Shown here in pieces: positions 10,485-19,546 of a stretch of DNA of 44,320 nucleotides. Origin of the DNA: Spirochaetia bacterium (GTDB lineage: Bacteria > Spirochaetota > Leptospiria > Turneriellales > JAOUFE01); assembly GCA_029858425.1 (NCBI GenBank), contig JAOUFE010000003.1, positions 1 through 44,320 on the forward strand, written 5' to 3'. The stretch's first letter is position 1. Every line of letters starts with the position of its first letter. The notes under the pieces are model-generated. The model did not search any database, was not told the DNA's origin, and was given only the letters and a program-made list of their open reading frames with translations. Both the position numbers and the translations under genes were made by a program.

Positions 10485-11315
10485 CTATTCCTTCACCAAT
10501 CTGTCGATTTTATAGAGATCATGAATCAATATTTCCGCCTCATCATAGGGTAACTGCGTTGTCGCATCGGATTTTGCTTTTTGTGGTTCGGGATGTATTT
10601 CCATAAAAATTCCTTCGACGCCCACGGCAACGGCAGCTCGTCCGACAGGAAAACTCATTTCGCGCTGACCTCCGGTTTGATCGCCTCCGCCGGGAAGCTG
10701 GGTCGAATGGGTAATGTCGATAACAACTTTTACACCTGCCTTGCGAAGGAGTTCAATAGATCGCATGTCAACCACAAGGTTGTTGTAACCAAACGTATAC
10801 CCTCTTTCACAAATCATAATTTTTTCGGAGCCCGATTTTTGAAATTTCTCAACAATTTGCAACGCATCCAGCGGCGCGACAAACTGGCCTTTTTTAACAT
10901 TGACCCATTTTTTTGTTCTGGAAGCGGCTGTAATTAAATCGGTTTGCCTGCACAAAAATGCCGGGATTTGCAGCATGTCGCACACTTCTCCGGAAACTTC
11001 AGCTTCTTCCGGATGATGAACATCGGTGATGATCGGAAAATGATATTTATCCCGAATTTCTTTTAACAACTGGAGACCTTCTTTTAATCCGGGTCCCCGA
11101 AAAGAAGATACGTTGCTTCGATTTGCCTTGTCAAAGGAAGACTTGAAAACAATTCCAATATTCAGATTTTTTTTTATCCGGGTCAAAAATTCCGCTGTTT
11201 TTTCCAGCAATTGAGGCGATTCAATAACGCATGGTCCGGCAATTAAAAAAAAAGGATTCTTACCGCCAAAGCTTAAATCGGGGAAAAGGATTTCTTCTTT
11301 TGTTAATGGTATCAT
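10485..11315 (-). CDS. kdsA: 3-deoxy-8-phosphooctulonate (KDO8P) synthase
   Basis: IAGPCVIES, KSSFDKANRS, QIPAFLCRQTDL, KKGQF and ERGYTFGYNNLVVDMR. Confidence 0.97.
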   Translation of the reverse strand: MIPLTKEEILFPDLSFGGKNPFFLIAGPCVIESPQLLEKTAEFLTRIKKNLNIGIVFKSSFDKANRSNVSSFRGPGLKEGLQLLKEIRDKYHFPIITDVHHPEEAEVSGEVCDMLQIPAFLCRQTDLITAASRTKKWVNVKKGQFVAPLDALQIVEKFQKSGSEKIMICERGYTFGYNNLVVDMRSIELLRKAGVKVVIDITHSTQLPGGGDQTGGQREMSFPVGRAAVAVGVEGIFMEIHPEPQKAKSDATTQLPYDEAEILIHDLYKIDRLVKE

Positions 11316-11680
11316 TTAATTTTATTTTTCAAGTTCGGGTAAGAAATATGTACTACCAGCCGACATTCACTTTTTTCGAGGAACAGGGTTTTGTAAATAT
11401 TTTTATGATAGTGTACTTCTTTAAGTGTCGGGTATAAACTTAACAAGCGTGCGTCAATCAACTCTTTTGCCTTTGTGCATGCTTTCTCTCCCCGCAACGA
11501 ATATGGGATATTCTCTTCATTACTATAACCAACCTGAATCTGCAATGTATCATCGTTCAACCAGTAATTATCGTACAACAACTCGATGGCGTCTCCGTAC
11601 GGAATTTGTGCAGAAGCGCAGTAAAAACTGAACGTGACAAAAAATATTTTCAAAGACAAATAAATCAATTTATTGCGCAT
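11312..11680 (-). CDS. Hypothetical exported protein
   Basis: Signal peptide ending ASA-Q; overlaps both the hemH stop and the kdsA start (operon-like). Confidence 0.7.
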   Translation of the reverse strand: MRNKLIYLSLKIFFVTFSFYCASAQIPYGDAIELLYDNYWLNDDTLQIQVGYSNEENIPYSLRGEKACTKAKELIDARLLSLYPTLKEVHYHKNIYKTLFLEKSECRLVVHISYPNLKNKIK

Positions 11681-12677
11681 TTATAATCCAGCCCGACAAC
11701 GTATTTACCCAGCTTTCATGCGCGTTTAATGAAGGTATCAAAGTAAATTCCCGAACTCCGGTTTGCAGCGCAGAAGCTTTTGCCCGGATACCAATTTCTT
11801 CCAGCGTTTCCAGATTATCCGTGACAAATCCGGGGCAAATGACAAGAATATTGTTTTTCCCGTTGCTGGCAATGGCGTGCAAAACACTTTCCGTATCGGG
11901 TTTTAACCATGTTTTTAAATTCATCGCCGATTGATACGTATGGCTGCAAATTTCGGGAGCAATGCCCGCCTTGCTTATAAAAAGGCGGGTAGTTTCCATC
12001 GTTTGCGCTTTATAACACATATTGCGTGCCGGATGTTCTGTTTCGCAGCAGTTGTTTTCTACAAGGCAATGGACTCCGCTCTTGTCCATTTTCCGGATAT
12101 GTCTTTCAGGAAGACTGTGATAACTCAAGACAATGTGATCAAATTTTTGTTTTAGATATGGCTGGGCATTCTCATATAACGAGTTGATATATTGGGGATT
12201 TTTATAATATGGATCAACAACTTTCAGCGATGAAAATGCAAAACCGGAATATTCCATTTTTACTTTTTCTACGACCGATTCGTATGTAGACATGGCATAG
12301 TGCGGAAACATGGGAATAAGAATAATTTTTTTTATTTTGTCTGCCTGCATTTGTTCAAGAGTCTGAAGAATACCCGGTTTGCCATATCGCATGGCTGTAT
12401 AAACAGGAATTCCGGTTTTTTGGCTCACTTTTTTTGCCAGTTCCCGCGTGAAAACAATCAGGGGAGATCCTGCTGTTGTCCAGATATGTTGATACAGACT
12501 CGCTGATTTTTTACTGCGAAAAGGAGCGATAATCCCGTAAACAAGCAATTGTCTTTTCCATCGGGGAATATCAATGACTCGTTCATCCATTAAGAATTCC
12601 CGCAGATAGTTTTTTACACTATCGGGACTCGCGCTATCGGGAGATCCCGTGTTTACAAGTAGAACTCCGGACTTCAT
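11670..12677 (-). CDS. hemH: Ferrochelatase
   Basis: GVLLVNTGSP, GSPL, AMRYG.P, SYHSLP and PGFVTDNLETLEEI. Confidence 0.96.
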   Translation of the reverse strand: MKSGVLLVNTGSPDSASPDSVKNYLREFLMDERVIDIPRWKRQLLVYGIIAPFRSKKSASLYQHIWTTAGSPLIVFTRELAKKVSQKTGIPVYTAMRYGKPGILQTLEQMQADKIKKIILIPMFPHYAMSTYESVVEKVKMEYSGFAFSSLKVVDPYYKNPQYINSLYENAQPYLKQKFDHIVLSYHSLPERHIRKMDKSGVHCLVENNCCETEHPARNMCYKAQTMETTRLFISKAGIAPEICSHTYQSAMNLKTWLKPDTESVLHAIASNGKNNILVICPGFVTDNLETLEEIGIRAKASALQTGVREFTLIPSLNAHESWVNTLSGWIINAQ

Positions 12678-12704
12678 AATCTCTTCATGGTTTTTCAGAT
12701 TGCT

Positions 12705-13352
12705 TCAGGGAAATAATCTTTTTTTATCCCATGTTTCCCTGTTTCTCTCATAAACGATGCGATCGTGAAGCCGGTTCGGCCGCCCCTGCCAGAACTCAAA
12801 GTGATCCGGAACTAAAATATAGCCTCCCCAAAAAGGGGGTATGGGCACTTCCAGTCCCTCATATTTTTTTTTGATTTTCTCAAAAAGCAACTCAAGCTCC
12901 TCCCGGCGGGAAAGAAGCTCGCTCTGGGAGGATGCCCAGGCGCCGATCTGACTGTCTCTGGGGCGGGTAGCAAAATAGTCTGCTGATTCTTGCCGACTGA
13001 CTTTTTGAATGATACCATTTATCCGTATTTGTCTTTCAAATTCAGCCCAATAAAACAAAAGACAGCCCTCAGGACTGGATTCAATTTCTTTTGATTTCTG
13101 GCTACCGTAGTTTGTGTAAAAAACAAAACCGGATTCATCAAAAGATTTTAAGAGAACAACGCGGGCTGAAGGGCGCTTTCCCGATACCGTACAAAGCGTC
13201 ATTGAGTTGCCATCGACAAGTCTGGATTCAATGGCTTCATTAAACCAGACGCGAAATTGATCTACGGGATTTCCAGCCGTGTTTTTTTCAAGCAAGTCTC
13301 CTTTAATATAATCACGTCGAATATTTTGAATAAATTTCTTGTCTCCATGCAT
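12705..13352 (-). CDS. pdxH: Pyridoxamine 5'-phosphate oxidase
   Basis: PSARVVLLK, FYTNYGSQK, RPRDSQIGAWASSQS and EFWQGRPNRLHDR. Confidence 0.97.
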   Translation of the reverse strand: MHGDKKFIQNIRRDYIKGDLLEKNTAGNPVDQFRVWFNEAIESRLVDGNSMTLCTVSGKRPSARVVLLKSFDESGFVFYTNYGSQKSKEIESSPEGCLLFYWAEFERQIRINGIIQKVSRQESADYFATRPRDSQIGAWASSQSELLSRREELELLFEKIKKKYEGLEVPIPPFWGGYILVPDHFEFWQGRPNRLHDRIVYERNRETWDKKRLFP

Positions 13353-13425
13353 ATATCAAAATTTTGCGCATACCCTTGCTGTAAACCAAATAAAATATAC
13401 GGAGACTGGCAAGGCCGTGGGCCTG

Positions 13426-13553
13426 GAGCTTGGGCATGAACTCGAAATTCAGTCAGAATAATCTAAATAAGCGCAGTTTTGGGGCGCTTCACGCCCCAAA
13501 ACTGCGCATTATAATACATTTTGATCTGATTATTGAGGTTCATGCCCAAGCTC
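13426..13553. mobile_element. 128-bp MITE (family A, complete copy)
   Basis: Perfect 16-bp TIRs GAGCTTGGGCATGAAC (13426-13441) and GTTCATGCCCAAGCTC (13538-13553); central 16-bp hairpin 13471-13507; flanks CCTG / CCCTG. Confidence 0.85.
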
Positions 13554-13627
13554 CCCTGCCCAGGCTGCCAATGAGGGGTGGAAGAAAAAAAGATTGACTA
13601 AGTAAATCTCTTCAATATTAACGCAGG

Positions 13628-14023
13628 ATGGTAAAAAGCCCTTATACAAAAAAAGAACTCCAGGAGTTTGAGCAATTGTTGCTTCAAAAAAAGGCAACCC
13701 TTCTGAGAGAAATTACCGAACAATCGGAAGAGGTTGCAAACGAGAAATTCGATGAACCGGGTGATCTTGTTGATATGGCGACTGAATTGCTGGAGCAGGA
13801 AATGAATTTAAGTCTGACGACAGCAGAAAAGCAGACTATTAAAGAAATAGATGAAGCGCTTGCAAGAATAAAAAATGGTCAATATGGCATATGCATTGAT
13901 ACCGGCGAACCGATAAACAAAACCCGATTAAAGGCCGTTCCAGAAGCCAAAAGAACTTTGGAAGCGCAAGAAAAGTTTGACAAGAAAAACAAAGAAAACA
14001 AAAAAAGATCATCTTTAACCTGA
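13628..14023 (+). CDS. dksA: DksA/TraR-family transcription factor
   Basis: Coiled coil with DLVDMA tip, IDEALARI...YGIC..TGEPI...RLKAVP. Confidence 0.88.
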   Translation: MVKSPYTKKELQEFEQLLLQKKATLLREITEQSEEVANEKFDEPGDLVDMATELLEQEMNLSLTTAEKQTIKEIDEALARIKNGQYGICIDTGEPINKTRLKAVPEAKRTLEAQEKFDKKNKENKKRSSLT

Positions 14024-14025
14024 TA

Positions 14026-14757
14026 ATGCACGTTGAGTATTATCCTGAAATACTTGATATTGTTAAAGATCTGCAATTTACCCTTAGAAGCGTTGAATCG
14101 CACAAACTTTTATTCAATCGATCAACTGAAAAGTGGCCCCTGGATATTGATCTGTCCTTTACTCCGGGTATAAGCGAAAAAACTGTTGAAAAGTTTATCA
14201 AACAGGATGTCTGTACCCTCTGTAGCAGAAGAATCAGTTATAAATCCGGCCAATTCTCCAGAAAAAAAATAAAAATTCCCTACATGGTGTTAATCCACAA
14301 TTCCTTTATTTTGTCTGAAAAAAATTATTACGAGCTGCCCGAAGAAGACAATATTTTTCGCAGCATGATTCGCGGCGGTTTAAAATGCCGCGAAGAGGAT
14401 ATTTTAACAAGAGAAATTTTGCGTTGCTATTTTGGCGCTTCCGATGAAAAAAATCCTGAATTTTTACAGAATTGTTTAAAACATTTACGGGAAGATATAG
14501 ACAAATATAAAATTCAGGGAATTCTTGCATTGGGTCAGGCCGCCAGCTTATTGCTCAACAATGATGCGGAAAAAATAAGGCAAACAACAGGAGAAATAAT
14601 TAAAATTGAAGGTATTCCGGCCATGATTTGCCCCGGGCCAAACCGCATTCGCTTTATGAACGAAAAAAAAATGGATCCCGAAATAATAAAAAAAGAAAAA
14701 ATGGTAATTCTGGAATATTTAAATAAATTTAGAACCCAAGTAATGGGAATAGCCTGA
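14026..14757 (+). CDS. Divergent uracil-DNA glycosylase (family 4)-like protein
   Basis: CxxC...C-x15-C spacing and CLKHLREDI...ILALGQAA segment; catalytic motifs not canonical. Confidence 0.6.
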   Translation: MHVEYYPEILDIVKDLQFTLRSVESHKLLFNRSTEKWPLDIDLSFTPGISEKTVEKFIKQDVCTLCSRRISYKSGQFSRKKIKIPYMVLIHNSFILSEKNYYELPEEDNIFRSMIRGGLKCREEDILTREILRCYFGASDEKNPEFLQNCLKHLREDIDKYKIQGILALGQAASLLLNNDAEKIRQTTGEIIKIEGIPAMICPGPNRIRFMNEKKMDPEIIKKEKMVILEYLNKFRTQVMGIA

Positions 14758-14761
14758 AAAA

Positions 14762-14880
14762 TTCACCGCAGAGTTCACAGAGAAAAATTTCAACATTATG
14801 ACCAGCCGCCAAAAGCCTGTCGCGGCTTTTTTGCGGTTGCTACATATATTTGTCTTTTTTCTTCGTGACCTTTGCGGCAA
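14762..14880. repeat. Imperfect palindromic element with nested hairpin between convergent genes (likely bidirectional terminator)
   Basis: TCACCGCAGAGTTCACAGAGAA ... TTCTTCGTGACCTTTGCGGCAA outer arms; inner AGCCGCCAAAAGCC-tgtcgc-GGCTTTTTTGCGGTT. Confidence 0.5.
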
Positions 14881-14905
14881 GATTTTACTTTAAACCTGAA
14901 CCGTT

Positions 14906-16345
<1,440 letters not shown>

Positions 16346-16393
16346 TCATTTTACCTGTTTGGCGAGCTTACTCAAGTTGTCAATTTGAAAAGA

Positions 16394-16546
16394 CAATGCT
16401 CCCAAACTCGCGCAGGTAAATGGAAAAAATATTTTCCTTTCTCCGGAATTTTTATCCGGAAAGGGCGAAATATTATAGTTTTATCGTCGTTTACAGTTAA
16501 ATCAAATTGGCGCGAGCTTTTTACCTGCGTGAGTTTGGGAGCATTG
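16394..16546. mobile_element. 153-bp MITE (family C) with 7-bp target-site duplication
   Basis: 27-bp TIRs CAATGCTCCCAAACTCGCGCAGGTAAA / TTTACCTGCGTGAGTTTGGGAGCATTG (1 mismatch); GAAAAGA on both flanks (16387-16393, 16547-16553). Confidence 0.88.
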
Positions 16547-16609
16547 GAAAAGACTTTTCTTCTTAAAATATATCCTTGACCATAGAATCTTCATCTTCAG
16601 GCTGACAAT

Positions 16610-17980
16610 ATGGAAATGAATGAAAAGCAAAGAAGCCGATTGGCCGGAATCGTACTCTCAATAATATTAATCATTGTTGGAACCTGGGGACAAATACAAG
16701 GAAAATCCACCAAAAATGACATTACTGAACCGGAATATATCTCATTATACAATACAATACTACAACACATAAAAGCAGACTATGTTGAACCGGTAGACAG
16801 CAAAGAGTTATGGCTTGGCGCAATCAAGGGAATGCTGGCGGCGACAAATGATGAACATACAATGTATCTTGACAAGGATGAGTTTTCGGATCTGGAAACA
16901 GCCACAAAAGGTGATTTTGGCGGCCTCGGAATTGAGATCGCCATGCGTGATTCAATTCTTACGGTAGTAACCCCTATGATTGATACTCCCGCCATGAGGG
17001 CAGGGTTAAAGCCTGGCGATAAAATTGTAGAGATAGAAGGCAAAAGTACGAAAGACCTTTCTTTGCGTGACGCAGTAAACATGCTGCGCGGAGTTCCCGG
17101 AACGGCCGTTAATATATCTATTGCCCGTGAAGGAGAAGAAGACTTGATAAAACTGGATATTGTACGAGAAATAATTAAAATCACAATCGTAGAAAGCGGA
17201 ATCATTGAAAAACATAATATCGGCTATATAAAACTAAAGCAGTTTGCAGGGCCGGCGCCGATGGATATGGCCAATGCAATCCGCGATCTGGAAGAAAAAA
17301 AAGTAAAAGGTTTGATTCTCGATCTTCGATGGAATCCAGGTGGACTGCTGACGGCCGCTGTTGACATTGCCAACTTTTTTATCAAAGACGGCATTATTGT
17401 ATCGGCAAGAGGTCGTCACAAAGAGCTGGATAAAATCGAATATGCTGATCCGCGCAAGGCAATTGCCGGCGACCTGCCTCTGGTGATCCTGGTCAATGAA
17501 GGATCGGCTTCGGCAAGTGAAATTGTTACCGGCGCCATTAAAGATCACAAGCGGGGTATTATTGTAGGCACAAAAACATTTGGAAAGGGTTCTGTACAAA
17601 GCGTAATCCGGCTGGATTACAATACTGGATTAAAAATGACCATTCAAAAGTATTATACGCCATCCGGAGAATCCATTCATAAAAAAGGGATCATGCCCAA
17701 TGTTGTTGTAAAGCCATATGAGTTTACAAAAGAAGAGAGGAGACACTTTAGAGATCTTTCAGACGCTAAAGTATTGGGAACATTTGTAAAAGAAAATAAA
17801 GAATACAATGAAGAGTCTGTTAAAAAATTTAAAAAACTTCTCAACGACAAAGGATTGGCGCTAAGCGATTATGCATCAAGGTATGTGCTGAAACAGGAAA
17901 TTCATAATATCGGCAAGCGGCCTTTATATGATCTGGAACTGGACACACAGTTGATAAAAGCCATTGAACAGGTTAAGTAA
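16610..17980 (+). CDS. ctpA: Carboxy-terminal processing protease (S41A, PDZ domain)
   Basis: N-terminal transmembrane segment, FGGLGIEI, LDLRWNPGG, GSASASEI and GTKTFGKGSVQ. Confidence 0.93.
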   Translation: MEMNEKQRSRLAGIVLSIILIIVGTWGQIQGKSTKNDITEPEYISLYNTILQHIKADYVEPVDSKELWLGAIKGMLAATNDEHTMYLDKDEFSDLETATKGDFGGLGIEIAMRDSILTVVTPMIDTPAMRAGLKPGDKIVEIEGKSTKDLSLRDAVNMLRGVPGTAVNISIAREGEEDLIKLDIVREIIKITIVESGIIEKHNIGYIKLKQFAGPAPMDMANAIRDLEEKKVKGLILDLRWNPGGLLTAAVDIANFFIKDGIIVSARGRHKELDKIEYADPRKAIAGDLPLVILVNEGSASASEIVTGAIKDHKRGIIVGTKTFGKGSVQSVIRLDYNTGLKMTIQKYYTPSGESIHKKGIMPNVVVKPYEFTKEERRHFRDLSDAKVLGTFVKENKEYNEESVKKFKKLLNDKGLALSDYASRYVLKQEIHNIGKRPLYDLELDTQLIKAIEQVK

Positions 17981-18980
17981 ACTGTTTAATGTTCTCAATT
18001 ATATGGCGGTTAATTTCATGCCGCGCGAAGTCAAGTGTTGTTTTTATTGCATTGCGAACTGCCCATGCGTTGCTTGAGCCATGACCAATGAGTACAATCC
18101 CGTTTACTCCCAACAGCGGCGCTCCACCGTAATTTGAATGATCCATTTGTCCTTTTACTGCCTGAAGAGTCGGCTTTAGAAAAAGCGCCCCTGTCTTTGC
18201 CAGAGGAGAAGCTTCGATGTTTCTTTTTAACGTATTGAAAATTGCTTTGGCGGTTCCTTCTATGGTTTTTATAGCGATATTTCCGATAAATCCATCGCAA
18301 ACCACAACATCTACCGGTTTGCCAAATCCAAAAAGGTCACGACCCTCTACATTGCCTACAAAGTACACAGGCAATTTTTTTAAAGCCTTGAAAACATTCT
18401 GGGTTAATTCATTCCCTTTGTTGTCTTCTTCCCCGTTAGACAACAAACCAATTGCTGGATGAAGAATTCCCAGTATTTCTCTGGAATATATTTCGCCCAT
18501 TATTGCAAACTGTACCAGATATTCGGCCTTGCAGTCTACATTGGCTCCCGCATCAAGCAAAACAGTCGCGCCGGATCCATTTCTGGGCAGGGGCGTTATC
18601 ACCGCCGGCCGCTTGACCCCTGGCAGGCGACCAAGCACAAGCAGCGAAGCCGCCATTGTCGCCCCTGTATTTCCGGGTGAAAACAGTCCTATGGCTTCGT
18701 TATTTTTCACAAGTTTACTGCAGACCATAATGGAGGAATGCGGTTTTGCGCGTACCGCCTTGGCCGGCTGATCTGACATCTGTACTACCGAATCGGAGTT
18801 TTCAATGCGAATATTTGATGGAGAAGCAATATTTTTATGCCCGGAAATTAATTTTGATAGAAGTTGCCTGTCTCCCACAAGAATAACTCTGGCATCAAAT
18901 TCCTTTACCGCCATAAGCGCGCCGTTTACAATGGGTTCCGGACCGAGGTCGCCGCTAACTGTATCAATTGCAATCCACAT
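17973..18980 (-). CDS. plsX: Phosphate acyltransferase PlsX
   Basis: IAIDTVSGD, SPGNTGA, LDAGANVD, SNGEEDNKG, DGFIGN, YGGAPLLG and HGSS. Confidence 0.96.
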   Translation of the reverse strand: MWIAIDTVSGDLGPEPIVNGALMAVKEFDARVILVGDRQLLSKLISGHKNIASPSNIRIENSDSVVQMSDQPAKAVRAKPHSSIMVCSKLVKNNEAIGLFSPGNTGATMAASLLVLGRLPGVKRPAVITPLPRNGSGATVLLDAGANVDCKAEYLVQFAIMGEIYSREILGILHPAIGLLSNGEEDNKGNELTQNVFKALKKLPVYFVGNVEGRDLFGFGKPVDVVVCDGFIGNIAIKTIEGTAKAIFNTLKRNIEASPLAKTGALFLKPTLQAVKGQMDHSNYGGAPLLGVNGIVLIGHGSSNAWAVRNAIKTTLDFARHEINRHIIENIKQFT

Positions 18981-19219
18981 AACTGTATGAAATTCCTCCC
19001 GAATGGATTTTTAGAGTTTCCATTATTCAAGTTATCTTTGCTTTTGCAAGAACTATACGTTACGGGTAGACGCGAGGTGGGGGTTCGGCCAAACCCTATG
19101 CTCAATAATATCCGCTGGTCGCGCTGATTTACCCACAATTGTGTAACTTTTACCAGATTATTTTCATTTTTTTCCTGCCCGACTGAAAAAAAATCCCAAT
19201 ATTTGCAATACTCTTTATT

Positions 19220-19546
19220 ATGAAGATACGATTATATAAAGCAGTTTTTCTTGTCCTTTTGAACAGGTTCGGCAATAACCAATTGAAGTGGGAACGGCAC
19301 CTTAGCCAGTGGACAGGCGTGCGTATTAACCTCCCAAAATATTTCTGGGAGGTTCATTTATACATCATAAACGACAAAACTCCCAAATTTTTAACTATTG
19401 ATTCGGCCCCGGAAAAAGGCTGGCATTCGGTTTTCTACAGCTACAACCTGAAAGGCGACATGCAAAAATACATTGAGCTTTGCATTATCCGAAAATGCAA
19501 GCAGTACAGAAATAATAATATTTCTATAATTAAAAAGGCTGGTTAG
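19220..19546 (+). CDS. Hypothetical protein
   Basis: 108-aa ATG ORF filling the gap between plsX and the transglycosylase; no recognisable family. Confidence 0.45.
   Translation: MKIRLYKAVFLVLLNRFGNNQLKWERHLSQWTGVRINLPKYFWEVHLYIINDKTPKFLTIDSAPEKGWHSVFYSYNLKGDMQKYIELCIIRKCKQYRNNNISIIKKAG

Noticed and set aside
13526-13537. CTGATTATTGAG shared between the family-A right end and the IS66 TIR
   Set aside because: Explained as an imperfect extension of family A's own inverted repeat; the IS66 terminal GTAA is absent, so it is probably coincidence
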